The notes: generated by a model not told the origin, from the letters alone. 64,000 nt of DNA from an uncultured Chthonomonadaceae bacterium (GCA_963835065.1 CAWIEK010000053.1:320001-384000), one strand, 5' to 3'. Positions 29,849 through 42,404 are shown, numbered from the stretch's first letter. Translations and numbers: made by a program.

Positions 29849-30184
29849 GAACACTGCCTCCTGGGGCGAAAAACAAGACAAGGGATGAATCATTATAGGC
29901 CGATTCGCGGCACAATGCAAGCGATACGCCTCAAAAACTCGTAATTGTCGCAACAATTTTCAAAAGATTTGTTGTCAACCTATATATGGTGGCATTTAGT
30001 ACCTCTGGCTCTTTCCTTTTAGACGCGATGAATAGAAACAATAGTTTGCCTGTCTTGCGATTTTATCTCTAATTGGGAAGGGCTATTTTGCGCGACAAGC
30101 CGCGCGAAACTTTGCGCGGCTTGATTTCGTCATTGAAAAGCGATAGTACGGATGCACATTTTGTTGGGACAAGGACAACTGTAG

Positions 30185-30564
30185 ATGATACGAAACTTGA
30201 TAACTCGCTGGATTGCAAGCGCGCTGGCATTGTTCATTATCACGCAGATACCGCACATCGGCGTGTCGCTGACGAAACACGACGCCGGCGCATGGACGAC
30301 ATTGGCGATTGCAACCATCGCTATCGGGTTGGCGAACGCGCTGATACGCCCGATTGTAATGTTTTTCGGCGCCCCCATCAACTGCCTGACATTCGGGCTG
30401 TTCGGGCTGCTGGTAAACGCCGGATTGTTCTATCTGGTCGGCAACTTCGTGCCCGGCTTTAAGGTGGAGGGCTTTATACCCGCCTTATCGGCTCCGTTGC
30501 AATGGGCATCATCAGCGGCCTGCTCAGTTTTCTGCTCAAAGATCGCGGCGACAGGGACAAGTAG
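30185..30564 (+). CDS. YvlD-like 4-TM membrane protein (phage holin family annotation), frame broken near 30485
   Basis: GLANALIRPI...PINCLTFGLFGLLVNA...VPGFKVEGF; last helix in another frame ending TAG 30564. Confidence 0.82.
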
Positions 30565-30585
30565 AAGTACGCCAAATCAAATTGT

Positions 30586-30621
30586 CAAATCGCCCGACGC
30601 GTGTACATGCGTCGGGCGATT
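30586..30621. terminator. Hairpin between convergent genes
   Basis: AATCGCCCGACGC...GCGTCGGGCGATT. Confidence 0.65.
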
Positions 30622-30658
30622 GGCATTGAAAATAGGCTGCATCTAAAAATAGCCTGCA

Positions 30659-32149
30659 TCATTCCGAATTGGCTTCTGCGCGGTGTTTTCTGCGTTCGAT
30701 GGAATCCAGCAAATCCTGCATGTTATCCAATGTTCGCGCGGCTCGACGCACACTGTCCTGCGTCCTGGGGCGCGGCGGCTCTTCACGAGACGGTTGGGTT
30801 ACTTCAAAGGATTCTGGCGGGTCAGTGCGCCGGCGTCGGCGCGAGCGACGTTCTGGATTGTGTTGGGCGGACTCATCCCGACCGAACTCATCCCGAAAAG
30901 GCCGCTGTACGCCGTCCTCGCCGACATGGTAAGCAGGCGTGTCTGGAGAGGAAAATGATTGTGGGTTGCCTGCTGTCGCGTTCGGGTCGGAAGGCATGGT
31001 GTCATTTGCGCGAGAAGCCGACGTACTCGCGGCCACGCGAACGGGAATATGCGTTTGCGCGGCTTGTTTGCTGTTATCGGATACGTTCGCTTGCCGATGA
31101 AGTGAAGCATAGGCGCGGGGCGCTTTGAAACCACGCGCCGCGCCAACGGCGACCGGAACATGTTCGGCTTGTCGCGCAGGGCGGCTCTCATTTGCCGTCA
31201 TGCCGGAATGTGCTGTTGTGCGGAATGTGACTGACCCGGTATGGAAACGCGCTCCTGCAGACGCTGTTATTGAACCGGAAGATGGGCCGCGTTGGTGATG
31301 CAGTAAGGCTGGCGCTACGGTTTGCGGTTCCAGCGTGGGCGCATTGCCGCCGAGCGACATTGTTGGCGGCAACGCCTTCAAAGGACGCGATGATAGGGCT
31401 GTTGAACGACGCGCCGCCGACAGGGACGTTGCAGAGTGTGCTTGTGGCAGGAGAGCCAGGGGCGCTGCCAGCAGGGGCAGAGGGTGAGCATCGGCTATGG
31501 AATCAGACAGCGAAGCCGATTGGCGCTTCTGCCAGACGCCCACGCACAACGCCGCCACCGCAACACTCAGAAGCGCCATGCCACCCGCTTTCTTGAGCAT
31601 GGAATGGCTTGGGCGCGCTGTTTCTGCATAGTGTCGGCGAAGCAAAGGCGCGTTTAGCCGCGCTGTCCGCTCGTAAGGAACGTCTTCCGCATCTGCCGCA
31701 GGAGACATGGGCGCAAATGCCTCATGCGGCAAAACATTCTGCATCATCGCAGGGCGTGTTCGTTCTGACGCCTTTGCAACTACCCTATCCGCAATGACAT
31801 CCAGGCCCGACCCTGTGAATTCCGGCAAGCGGATAGGCTCGCGTTCTGACGAAAGAGCGCGCGCGGTGTTGATGGACGGCTCGGCCTTTGGAATAGCTTC
31901 AAAACTCATCGCGCGCGCAGAATGTTGCCCCGGTTCTGCCTGTGGGCGCGCGTCTTGTGACGCTGTTGTTTCCTTGCCTGTCTTTGCCTGGCTTACTTGT
32001 TCTTGACTTACCTGCTCCTCGCCTGTCTTTTCTTGGCGCGTTTCTTCCAGCAGCGCTTCCAGCATGGAGATGCGCTCCTCCTGACGTACCAGTTGATTCA
32101 GCAGCGCCGCCTGTACACGAGGCGATATGTCCGTATCTTGCTCAGACAT
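30659..32149 (-). CDS. Hypothetical single-pass membrane protein, largely low complexity
   Basis: Long ORF, N-terminal coiled coil, one hydrophobic helix. Confidence 0.6.
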   Translation of the reverse strand: MSEQDTDISPRVQAALLNQLVRQEERISMLEALLEETRQEKTGEEQVSQEQVSQAKTGKETTASQDARPQAEPGQHSARAMSFEAIPKAEPSINTARALSSEREPIRLPEFTGSGLDVIADRVVAKASERTRPAMMQNVLPHEAFAPMSPAADAEDVPYERTARLNAPLLRRHYAETARPSHSMLKKAGGMALLSVAVAALCVGVWQKRQSASLSDSIADAHPLPLLAAPLALLPQAHSATSLSAARRSTALSSRPLKALPPTMSLGGNAPTLEPQTVAPALLHHQRGPSSGSITASAGARFHTGSVTFRTTAHSGMTANESRPARQAEHVPVAVGAARGFKAPRAYASLHRQANVSDNSKQAAQTHIPVRVAASTSASRANDTMPSDPNATAGNPQSFSSPDTPAYHVGEDGVQRPFRDEFGRDESAQHNPERRSRRRRRTDPPESFEVTQPSREEPPRPRTQDSVRRAARTLDNMQDLLDSIERRKHRAEANSE

Positions 32150-32257
32150 TACAAACTCCTCACTGACTATTCGCACATCTATAGACTATGCACATAGACA
32201 TGTAACGGAGCCTGCAAGTTCCCGTGACATTCGGCAGCGTCAGACGAATAGTGAAGT

Positions 32258-35077
32258 TCACAGCCCTGTCATCTCTAGAACGAAGCCCTCCCATTTTGGG
32301 TTTTGCGCCATGTCTTTGAACCTCTTTTGCCATTGCTTCACCAGAGCGGTTTCGTCCAGGCTTCCTGCGAACGGCAGGCGCAGCAGATTGATTTTACTCT
32401 GCTTGCGGGCCTGCTCGAATTCCTCCGGGGCGCGTTTGGGGTTTCCGTTCTCTTCCTCGCCCTCGTAGTCGTAATGGTGGGTCGGCAAGGGGGTATCCGG
32501 GCCGGTCCACAGGCCGTACCAGGTGGTTCCATAAGAAGCGTGTCGTTCGCGCACAAACACCATCGGCTTCGTTTCCCCCGACTTTTGCGCCCCCGCTTCC
32601 TGACGAACCGTTTGCGCTTGCTCGCTTCCATTCTGCGCCTGCGAATTGCTATCTGAGGTCTGTGGGCCACCGTTCTGCGGTTTTACCGCCTCGTAAAGCC
32701 TGTTCAGCGCCTGTATATTCGCCTGCTTGCGGAAAACATTCCATTCCAGGCCCAGGGTGACGCTGAGTTGCCAATCGTCAAAGATGGGCAGATCGGTATT
32801 GGCGCGCTGCTCCGGGTCTTCGCCATATTTCAAAGGTTCTATATCTACCGGATCGGCATGGTGGCTGCGCAGAAACGCCAGCCGCGCCGGTTCGGTGTAG
32901 CCCATCTGCTCGTTTCCCGCCGGACGCATGTTGTTGCGCGAATCCGGTTCGGCGTAGCCTACGGGGTCGGTTTCGCGCCACACAATTCCCGCCACGCCCG
33001 GACGCCGCGCCAGCGAAGCCGCCAGCAAATTCAAACGCGCAATCACTTCGGGCGCAAATATACTTGCGGTCAGGAGGAGCGAGGGTTCAGCGGGCATATC
33101 GCCGCCATTCGCGGCGGCCTTCAGCATGTTGCGCTTGTGGATACGCTGCGCGTACTGCACTGATGTTTCTCCCGTAATCGTGAGATCAACCTCATTTTGC
33201 GGCATAGTCGAACCCCATTGGAATACATCCATTACGGGGTACAACGCGATGCCCGTTCCCCGCGTGATTTTCAGCGCGTAGGCCAGCAAATCGGGCGCAT
33301 CCGGGGCAGACATGGGAAACGGCGTACCGCCAACCCGCGCCACGCCCTTTGTAAATGCCACAAGCCATAATTCGTTCAGACCCATGCGCTTCATTTTGGC
33401 AACGGTATTCTCTACGTCGGCGGTTGTGCGGCAGTCCGCCAGCAGCGCGCGGCGAGGGATGGCGCTTACCAGAGCGGACAGGGACGGCAGGGGCGCTTCC
33501 GGCGCGTTGGCATCCTTCGGGTTGGGCGGCAGCTTGCGCGATTGGCGCTGATTCCAGCCGGTCATTTCGTGAAAGTTGTCGGCGATGGACTGCCCCAAAT
33601 CGGTATCAATCGGTCCATCCACGCCGGGAGCCAATAGCTGCACGGAAGGAATGAGGTTCATTTCCATGGAACGCTCGAAATCAATCCCCTTGTACGAACC
33701 GTTGGGGCTGGATTGAACGGCAAATTCGGAGTAGCGCTTCAGGGCGTCCTGCTGCGCGGGGGTAAGCCGGTCGAAGTTCATTTCCAGCACTTTGTACGCG
33801 CCCCCGCCCAACTGCCGTATTTCCTTACTTGTCATCTGTGTGGGCGTGGGGGCTAAGGGGTCGCCAAAGCTGCTGAGCGGGCGCTTCCACAACGCCTGCG
33901 TTTGCTGTAGTTTTTCCTCGGCGTCCGCCAGAAACTTCCGGCGCTGCGCGTCGGCATCGGCCTGAAATTCGGCAATTTGTATGCGGCGCGTTCCCACTCC
34001 CGCCAGATCATCCGTTAATACATAGGCCGGGCCGACGCGCCGATAGGTTCCCGTCACGCACACGGCCAGGGCGCGCAATAGATCGCTTACGGGCGCAACG
34101 TGATTCGCGCCTACAACCGTCAGCAGTTTCGATTCATAATGCCGGTCAACAACCAATTCCAGCCGCGTCTTTGCGCTGATTCGGGCCATCAACTCGCCGA
34201 CCGTTTTCACGCCTTGCAGCGAAATGGACGTTTGCAGGATCGGCAGGCCATAATTGAGTTGGCTTTTTTTCAGCGTGTTGGGGGCTTCGGAGTGAACCGT
34301 CACGCCATCTACGGCATCCTGATGGGTAAGATGGTCCTGATTAGCGGCATCGTAAATGGGCGGGCCGTTCGGATCGCGTATGTCCGGTATCCATATATTG
34401 CTTTCGCGCCCTATGGAATGAACCGCCATCTGCTGCTTCATGCCGATGCGCAGCCGCCCGTTTTGCAAAGGATTTTCCAGCGTTCCTCCCGCGCCGCCGC
34501 TGCTGTGGTTGTCATGCGTGACGCGGGGAGAATACGGCAGGGCGCTGCTCGGAATCAGCGCCAGAAATAAGCCGCGCTGCAAGTCGCTGTTCATATCGGC
34601 AAGCCCGATGCCGCGTTCGCTTGTCAGCATCTGCAGCTGCGCCTCGCTCATGTTGGCTGCCAGAAGGGTAAACGCCTCGTGGGGTGGAATGTTCAGGTAG
34701 ATGTTAGGCGTTCCCAAATTGCCGTTGAGCAGGGACATGGTTGCGGGAGCGATAGCTGTCACGCTGCCATAGCGGCGCGTGATGTGACCGAAAAATGGAG
34801 CAATCTGCGCGATACGCGCCCCGGCAGGCGGCCTTACGGATTTGTCAAGGGCGTAATCCTTGTCGGCTCCCACGGCAAGCCCGGTTTCCCCTGCATCGGC
34901 AAGTGGGCGCAGGGCGTTGGTAAGCGTGGCGGGAAGTTCCGCCTGAACGCCCGGACCAGCATCACCCGCTTGCTGCGCTTCCCCGTTTACGCAGACCGCC
35001 AGAAACAACGACAATCCCCAAGCCGCGCACAAACCGGAGCGACGCTTCAAATTTTTCGCGTGACCTCGCAGCATCAT
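32258..35077 (-). CDS. Large secreted hypothetical protein with possible C-terminal GHL10-like TIM barrel
   Basis: 939-aa ORF, signal peptide, MKRMGLNELWLVAF...DLLAYAL...GIALYPVMDVFQW. Confidence 0.7.
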   Translation of the reverse strand: MMLRGHAKNLKRRSGLCAAWGLSLFLAVCVNGEAQQAGDAGPGVQAELPATLTNALRPLADAGETGLAVGADKDYALDKSVRPPAGARIAQIAPFFGHITRRYGSVTAIAPATMSLLNGNLGTPNIYLNIPPHEAFTLLAANMSEAQLQMLTSERGIGLADMNSDLQRGLFLALIPSSALPYSPRVTHDNHSSGGAGGTLENPLQNGRLRIGMKQQMAVHSIGRESNIWIPDIRDPNGPPIYDAANQDHLTHQDAVDGVTVHSEAPNTLKKSQLNYGLPILQTSISLQGVKTVGELMARISAKTRLELVVDRHYESKLLTVVGANHVAPVSDLLRALAVCVTGTYRRVGPAYVLTDDLAGVGTRRIQIAEFQADADAQRRKFLADAEEKLQQTQALWKRPLSSFGDPLAPTPTQMTSKEIRQLGGGAYKVLEMNFDRLTPAQQDALKRYSEFAVQSSPNGSYKGIDFERSMEMNLIPSVQLLAPGVDGPIDTDLGQSIADNFHEMTGWNQRQSRKLPPNPKDANAPEAPLPSLSALVSAIPRRALLADCRTTADVENTVAKMKRMGLNELWLVAFTKGVARVGGTPFPMSAPDAPDLLAYALKITRGTGIALYPVMDVFQWGSTMPQNEVDLTITGETSVQYAQRIHKRNMLKAAANGGDMPAEPSLLLTASIFAPEVIARLNLLAASLARRPGVAGIVWRETDPVGYAEPDSRNNMRPAGNEQMGYTEPARLAFLRSHHADPVDIEPLKYGEDPEQRANTDLPIFDDWQLSVTLGLEWNVFRKQANIQALNRLYEAVKPQNGGPQTSDSNSQAQNGSEQAQTVRQEAGAQKSGETKPMVFVRERHASYGTTWYGLWTGPDTPLPTHHYDYEGEEENGNPKRAPEEFEQARKQSKINLLRLPFAGSLDETALVKQWQKRFKDMAQNPKWEGFVLEMTGL

Positions 35078-35319
35078 AAACCTTTCTCCGCTTTTCGAGT
35101 TTCGGCTTTCGCTGTGCTCAATTAACAGCCGCGCAGGGCGGACGCGCCAACAGGCACATTCGGCGAATTAGACGGAAACGGCTGAAACAGGTTACATTTG
35201 CTTCCTACGCTCGATGAGAACAGCCCTTCCGTAAAAGGAAAGATTGCAGGGGATTGCTCTTGATGTGGCGAAGTTATACCACGAACTCACTAAAAGGAAA
35301 CTCCGTTAGGAACAGCGAC

Positions 35320-37674
35320 ATGCGATGCAATCTATGGGCACTATATCCTGAAACACTTTGCGCGGCAGGATTTTTTATGCTTGCGCCCCTGCTGGCATGC
35401 ACCGCGCCGCAAATGCCTGCGCCTGCCGCCGCATCCGAAACGGGGCAAACAACGGCTCCACAAACCTTTAGATATACCAACAAACTCATCGGCGCGGCCA
35501 GTCCGTACCTCCTGGAACACGCGCACAATCCCGTCAACTGGCAGCCCTGGGGCGCGGAAGCGTTGGAACAGGCGAAACGAGAAAACAAGCCGATTTTCCT
35601 GTCCATCGGCTACTCCGCCTGCCACTGGTGTCACGTCATGGCGCGGGAAGATTTTGAAAACGAGGAGATCGCCCAACTCCTCAACGCCAATTTTGTGTGC
35701 ATCAAGGTGGATCGGGAACAGCGCCCGGATGTGGACGCGCAGTACATGCTGGCCGTGCAGATGATGACGGGTTCGGGTGGCTGGCCCCTGTCCGTGTTTC
35801 TCACGCCGGAGCGCAAGCCATTTTTCGGAGGCACGTACTTCCCGCCCGCAGAATTCAAAGCGCTGCTCGGCAAAGTGATCGAAGCCAACAAAACCCAACC
35901 CGAACAGATACGCGCCTTGTCCGACAAAATCACGAGCGCGATGAAGGACGCGCCCACTTCCCCAACAAGAAACGCGAACGCCAAATTGTCGCCAAGCCTG
36001 TTGGACAACGCTGTTGCCGCACTAAATCATAGTTATGACCCGACAAACGGCGGCTTTGGAACACGCCTTAAATTTCCCGACGCGCCGAAACTAGCCTTTC
36101 TGATTGCCCGCTGCCGCGCAAACCATGCCCCAAAGTTGCTCAACATGGTCACGAATACGCTGGATCATATTGCAGACGGCGGCGTTTATGATCAGTTGGG
36201 CGGCGGCTTTCACCGTTACAGCACGGATGCCATCTGGCGCGTGCCCCATTTTGAAAAGATGCTGTACGATCAGGCGCAGTTGGTACAAATTTATCTCGAC
36301 GCCTACGAACTGACCCACACGCCGCGCTACAAACAGGTTGTGGAGGAGACATTGGCGTTCGTACAGCGCGAAATGCGCGACCCGGCGGGCGGATTCTGGT
36401 CTGCATTGGACGCCGACAGCGAGGGCGAGGAAGGCAAGTTCTACCTGTGGACGCCCACACAAATCAAAGCCGTTCTTGGCGACGATGCGGACTTGTTCAG
36501 CGCAGCGTATGGCGTCACGGCGAAAGGCGATCTGGAAGGCAAAAGCGTTCTGCACCGAACCTCGGACGGGGCAGAGATCATGCAGCAGTACCACATCAAG
36601 CCGGAAGAATTGTGGCAACGGCTTGACGGATTGCGGCAAAAACTGCTGACGGCGCGGGCACAGCGCGTTCGCCCGCACACGGACGACAAAGCGCTGGCAA
36701 GCTGGAACGGCCTGATGGTGGGCGCGTTTGCCCACGCGGGGCAGGTTTTGAACAATGCCGCGTACCGGCAAACAGCGATGGAAGCCGCCAACTTTCTCTT
36801 GCAGAAAATGACGGTAAACGGCAAACTGCTGCACAGTTACCGGGCGGGCAAAGCGGAAGTGGGCGGGATGCTGGAAGACGATGCGTATGTGGCGAACGGC
36901 CTGCTCGACCTGTATGCCGCAACGCGCGAGAAAAAGTGGCTGGACACCGCGCAAATGTTGGCGGCACAGATGACTTCGCAGTTTGAAGACGCGGCAAACG
37001 GCGGCTTTTACAGCACATCGGATCAAAGCGAACTGTTGACGCGCTTAAAGAGCGGGGATGATAACGCCACGCCTTCAGGCAACGGCATGGCGGCACAGGT
37101 GTTGGCGCGGCTTGCCCTATTAACCGGCAAACCCGAATGGCGAACGCAAGCCCTGCGAACCGTACAAACCTTCGGCAGTCTGGAAACCCGCGTACCGGAC
37201 GCTTTTCCCATGCTGCTGACCGCGTACCAATCCCTCGGCACGTCCGCAAGCGCAGACATGCCGATACTGCCGGGAACCGTCCAATTGCTGGCCCCGCCCC
37301 TTACCACAACACCCGGCGCGAAAGTGACCGTCGCCATCAAAGCGCATATTCCTTCCGGCTGGCACATCAACGCGCATGTCGCTTCAACCGCCGCTCTCAT
37401 ACCCACCAATCTGCGCCTGACCGCAACCCAGGACGCCAAACTGCTTGCCGTAACTTACCCAAACGGACAAACGCTCAAAACGTCGTTCGCCACAGAAGCC
37501 CTGTCCGTTTATCAAGGCGAAATCACTCTGCAAGCCGTCGTGCAAATCACCCCAAAACTCCCGGCTGGCAAGCATACGCTGCATTTTGAATTGACCTATC
37601 AGCCGTGCAATGACCGCGCCTGCCTGCCGTCGGCAAAAGCAACGCTGGATGTTCCCTTGAACATTTCAAAATAG
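35320..37674 (+). CDS. YyaL/DUF255 thioredoxin-domain protein fused to a DsbD N-terminal-like domain
   Basis: [37 protein letters not shown]; tail GWHINA...[11 protein letters not shown]. Confidence 0.9.
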   Translation: MRCNLWALYPETLCAAGFFMLAPLLACTAPQMPAPAAASETGQTTAPQTFRYTNKLIGAASPYLLEHAHNPVNWQPWGAEALEQAKRENKPIFLSIGYSACHWCHVMAREDFENEEIAQLLNANFVCIKVDREQRPDVDAQYMLAVQMMTGSGGWPLSVFLTPERKPFFGGTYFPPAEFKALLGKVIEANKTQPEQIRALSDKITSAMKDAPTSPTRNANAKLSPSLLDNAVAALNHSYDPTNGGFGTRLKFPDAPKLAFLIARCRANHAPKLLNMVTNTLDHIADGGVYDQLGGGFHRYSTDAIWRVPHFEKMLYDQAQLVQIYLDAYELTHTPRYKQVVEETLAFVQREMRDPAGGFWSALDADSEGEEGKFYLWTPTQIKAVLGDDADLFSAAYGVTAKGDLEGKSVLHRTSDGAEIMQQYHIKPEELWQRLDGLRQKLLTARAQRVRPHTDDKALASWNGLMVGAFAHAGQVLNNAAYRQTAMEAANFLLQKMTVNGKLLHSYRAGKAEVGGMLEDDAYVANGLLDLYAATREKKWLDTAQMLAAQMTSQFEDAANGGFYSTSDQSELLTRLKSGDDNATPSGNGMAAQVLARLALLTGKPEWRTQALRTVQTFGSLETRVPDAFPMLLTAYQSLGTSASADMPILPGTVQLLAPPLTTTPGAKVTVAIKAHIPSGWHINAHVASTAALIPTNLRLTATQDAKLLAVTYPNGQTLKTSFATEALSVYQGEITLQAVVQITPKLPAGKHTLHFELTYQPCNDRACLPSAKATLDVPLNISK

Positions 37675-37684
37675 CCTTCCATTG

Positions 37685-37807
37685 TGCCGGGGATTGAAAA
37701 TCCCCGGCAGGAAAGTGCAAGCGTCCTGCGGACACGCCATTCAATAATAGAGTATCGCGTCCGCAGAACGCTTGTTTTGTGTAGACGGGAATTTTCAATC
37801 CCCGGCA
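37685..37807 (-). repeat. REP/MITE-like four-hairpin element, reversed
   Basis: CCCGGCAGGAAAGTGCAAGCGTCCTGCGGAC is the reverse complement of the right half of 2485-2607. Confidence 0.85.
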
Positions 37808-37816
37808 GGAGGTAAA

Positions 37817-38980
37817 TCAGCGAAATACGCCTGTATGCCCTAACGAGTAGCGGCCCGGCTGCGGATACACGCACAACCCATGCGGGCCTTTGCCGACGCG
37901 GATACGGGCGCGTAACTTGCCGTTGCTCGTGTCGAAAGCGTACACTTCGGAGTTGTAGCGCCCGGACAGCCAGAGCGTTTTGCCGTCGGCAGACACGTTG
38001 CCCATGTCCGGGCTGCCGCCATGCGGGATGCGCCATTTGGCAATGGGCTTGCGCGTGGCGAAGGAAAGAACCGTTATGGTTCCCTCGTGCCGATTGGAAA
38101 CATACAAGTTTTTGGAGTCCCGGCTTGGATACAGGCCATGCGCGCCCGCGCCAGTTTGCACAAAACCGATCTTTTTCAACTTGTCGCCGTTTACGAGCCA
38201 CAGGCCATTACTCATCATATCCGCCACATAAAACACGCTACCGTCCGGCGACAGTTTCACATCCTGCGGCATACCTCCAGTTTTCAGTTTCAGCGTTCCC
38301 AGCACCTTCTGCTTTTCCACATCCACTTTTACCACGTCACCCGAAAACTCGCAGCTTGCAATCAGATACTTTCCATCCCGGCTGAAATCTATATGGTCTA
38401 CGCCCTTGCCGGGAACGGTCACGGAATGGACGAATTTCATCGTATGCGCGTCCCGGAAATCCAGACGCCGGAACCGCTCACAGACAACAATGGCGTAGCG
38501 GCCATCCGGCGTGAAATACAGGTTGTAGGGGTCTTCTACCCTGACGGGCTTGCCGTGAATTCCCGTAACCGGGTCAACGGGGGTCAGGCTATTTCCCAGA
38601 TCGTTGGAAATCCACAGCGTTTTCATATCCCAGGAGGGCGTAACGTGCTGCGGCAGTTTCCCGACCGCGAAATGGTCTACAATCTGATATGTTTGGGCGT
38701 CAATCACATCTACGGTATTGCTGCCGCTGTTGGGCACGTAAACGCGATTGAGAACCCCGCGCATAAACGGGCTGAGATTGTTGGCCCTGTCCGCCGCGTA
38801 CACATCCTTCGCGTCCACAAGCGGCGGAACCGCGCCTGCCGTAACGATAAACATATCCGGCGCATTCGTTGTGGGCGTTCTAACCGGTGCGGCTATCGGT
38901 TTTGTACCAGGAGTGATTGTTGAGGAAGAAGTTGAATGTCGGCATCCGGTCAGCCCTGCAAGAGCCGCGAACAGCAGCAT
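37817..38980 (-). CDS. YVTN/YncE-like beta-propeller lipoprotein
   Basis: Lipobox LTGC; repeats VYVPNSGSNTVDVID, LSPDGSVFYVAD, VGKGPHGL; start uncertain. Confidence 0.85.
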   Translation of the reverse strand: MLLFAALAGLTGCRHSTSSSTITPGTKPIAAPVRTPTTNAPDMFIVTAGAVPPLVDAKDVYAADRANNLSPFMRGVLNRVYVPNSGSNTVDVIDAQTYQIVDHFAVGKLPQHVTPSWDMKTLWISNDLGNSLTPVDPVTGIHGKPVRVEDPYNLYFTPDGRYAIVVCERFRRLDFRDAHTMKFVHSVTVPGKGVDHIDFSRDGKYLIASCEFSGDVVKVDVEKQKVLGTLKLKTGGMPQDVKLSPDGSVFYVADMMSNGLWLVNGDKLKKIGFVQTGAGAHGLYPSRDSKNLYVSNRHEGTITVLSFATRKPIAKWRIPHGGSPDMGNVSADGKTLWLSGRYNSEVYAFDTSNGKLRARIRVGKGPHGLCVYPQPGRYSLGHTGVFR

Positions 38981-39080
38981 AGATAGATAAGCGCGTAGAC
39001 CAGGTGTTGAAAACGCCTGTCTCGGTGGCGTTCCGCCAGGCGTCCTACGGACGCGCAATGCTTGTACAATGGATTTTCGT

Positions 39081-39262
39081 CCGTAGGGACACAACATGTT
39101 GTGTCCGCGCTCACCTCTACCGGAGGAGGACACGCCGCCGCCGGAGGACACGCCGCCGCCGGAGGACACGCCGCCGCCGGAGGACACGCCCGCCGCCGGA
39201 GGACACGCCGCCGCCGGAGGACACGCCGCCGCCGGAGGACACAACATGTTGTGTCCCTACGG
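39081..39262. repeat. Inverted GTAG-type REP pair enclosing six 18-bp tandem repeats
   Basis: CCGTAGGGACACAACATGTTGTGTCC ... (GGAGGACACGCCGCCGCC)6 ... GGACACAACATGTTGTGTCCCTACGG. Confidence 0.88.
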
Positions 39263-39325
39263 CATGGGCCATTAAGATGGTGGTTTTCAACCATTGGCGA
39301 CACGAAAAATAAGAATATAAGCGCG

Positions 39326-40278
39326 TTATCGTCGTTTCTCCAATCCAGAAGTTGCGGCGGTTTGCGGCAAGAATTTTTGAACGCGCCTGCCGTTGACTTC
39401 GGCTACGTACACCGCCCCCTGATCGTCTACGCACAAGAGATGGGCGCGGCGCATCTGTCCCGACGCGCTCCCGGTTTTACCCCACCGCGCCAGGCGCTTG
39501 CCGTTCAGCGAATAGATACTGATGGTATCCGCCAGTCCGTCCGCGACGAACAAGCGTTGATCGGGCGTGATGAACACGCCAAACGGATGCCCCACATTGC
39601 GCCATTGCGTCAGGAACTTGCCGTCCGGGGTGAATACTTGCAGGCGCGCATTGGCGCGGTCCACCACGTATACGCGCCCCTGATTGTCTACGGCAAGCGA
39701 GTGTACCAGCCGAAATTGTCCCGGCCCGCTCCCCCGCTTCCCCCACGCGCCGATGTACCTGCCGCTCGAATCCAGATGCACAACGCGGGAATTGCCGTAG
39801 CCGTCGGCGATATACACATCTCCTTTTGGTCCGAAAGCGACATCGGCGGGCTGATCGAAATGCGTGGCATCGCAGCCGGGCGTATCGCGGACTCCCCATG
39901 CCGCCAGCAGTTTACCTTCGGGCGTATATTTGTACACTTGATGGCGGCCTACGTCTGTGAGCCACAGATTGCCGTTCGGGTCTATGCGGCAGCCGTGCGG
40001 ACTGGTAAACAAGCCCTGCCCCCAGGAGCGCAGATAATGCCCCTGCCGGTCAAACACCAGAATGGGATGCGGCGTTCGCTGGAATACAAACACCTGCCCC
40101 TGCCGATCTGTAGCAACCCCAACCACCATATTCGCGCCATAATCCGGCGGACGCGCGCCCGTATGTGAGGGCCAGTCAGGAACCGGGCGGTATGTTGTTT
40201 GCGCCCCGGCAGGACGGAACAGGCAGGAAAGCAGGCAGAACACCCACAGCAAACTTGTAAAAAATGGAGACGTTTCAA
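39326..40278 (-). CDS. NHL-repeat beta-propeller protein (peptidyl-glycine alpha-amidating lyase-like)
   Basis: PHGCRIDPNGNLWLTD, FDQPADVAF...YIADGYGNSRV, VYVVDRANARLQVF; start uncertain. Confidence 0.82.
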
Positions 40279-40283
40279 GTTTT

Positions 40284-40352
40284 CCGGGTACTGAAAGTAC
40301 CCGGCAGGAAAGTACAAGCGTCCTGCGGACGCGGGAATCTTGAAGCAGAGAA
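40284..40352 (-). repeat. Half copy of the REP-like element, reversed
   Basis: CCGGGTACTGAAAGTACCCGGCAGGAAAGTACAAGCGTCCTGCGGACGC. Confidence 0.8.
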
Positions 40353-40437
40353 TTACTTCCGCGAATTTGAAACGCGCTTATAAAAAATCGGCAGGAACTT
40401 GTCATTATGTGGCGAATCTTACGGCATTGGAATTTGA

Positions 40438-41622
<1,185 letters not shown>

Positions 41623-41634
41623 AACGGGAGTAAC

Positions 41635-41779
41635 TCTTCACCACCAAGACACCAAGAACACCAAGATAATACAGGCCACTAAAAGGCACAAAACCGGAGA
41701 CCTTTTCGTTCTCTCCTGCAATCTCGCAACATCTTTTTGCTCGTTCTGCTTGGTGTTCTTCGTGTCTTGGTGGTGAAGA
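41635..41779. repeat. CACCAC-type element with 31-bp arms (1 mismatch)
   Basis: TCTTCACCACCAAGACACCAAGAACACCAAG ... CTTGGTGTTCTTCGTGTCTTGGTGGTGAAGA. Confidence 0.9.
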
Positions 41780-41806
41780 ATTATAAACGGAAAGCAGCAG
41801 GGCAGG

Positions 41807-42364
41807 ATGGAACGGTACAACCTTCACAAAGACGTGAGACAATTTGCCATTCACAAGCGCTGGACGACGTATGCCGGAAGGCTGCTGCATGGGTTCTGGG
41901 CGCTGATTCCCCTGCTATTTTGGGTCTTCCTGTGGCAGCGTGACCCGCGCCCAACTCCGATTCTGTTGCCGCTGCTTCTGTTAGGACTTCCCCTGACAGT
42001 AGTTCTCGGCTGTGGCGCGTATCTGCTGTGGAAGCTGAGTACGGGCGGCGATACATTTGTGTTTGATGCCCGCACCCACCTGTTTGAACACAACCGGCAT
42101 GTGGTCAGCCATTGGGACGGGATCGCGCAAATTCAGGTGATAGATGTGCCGCACCAACGCGACAAACGGGGCATTCAGGCCATGCTGAACCTGGATGAGT
42201 ATTACTACACCTACCGGCTTGTCGTGCTGCTCCACAACGGCAAAAAATACGCCCTCGACGAGTGCGGCAACAAACAAACCATTGCGGAACTGGCGCAGGA
42301 AGTTGCCGCCTACACCAACAAAGTTGTCGTCAGCGACGTAGCCAATGCCGGCTGGTTCGCCTGA
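41807..42364 (+). CDS. Hypothetical membrane protein (2 TM plus soluble domain)
   Basis: 185-aa ORF between two repeat elements. Confidence 0.7.
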   Translation: MERYNLHKDVRQFAIHKRWTTYAGRLLHGFWALIPLLFWVFLWQRDPRPTPILLPLLLLGLPLTVVLGCGAYLLWKLSTGGDTFVFDARTHLFEHNRHVVSHWDGIAQIQVIDVPHQRDKRGIQAMLNLDEYYYTYRLVVLLHNGKKYALDECGNKQTIAELAQEVAAYTNKVVVSDVANAGWFA

Positions 42365-42404
42365 TTCAAACGCCTGCGCCGCGTGGCTGTAACAGAGAAG
42401 AAAC

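Noticed and set aside
30185..30564. Prophage implied by a holin-family gene
   Set aside because: YvlD-like genes are ordinary chromosomal genes; no phage structural or lysis genes nearby
39125..39242. Tandem repeats as a CRISPR array
   Set aside because: Units are contiguous with no unique spacers, and no cas genes are visible in the window
38981..39247. N-terminal extension (PPAAAC repeats) of the YVTN ORF
   Set aside because: It is a translation of the REP/VNTR; the lipoprotein signal lies downstream
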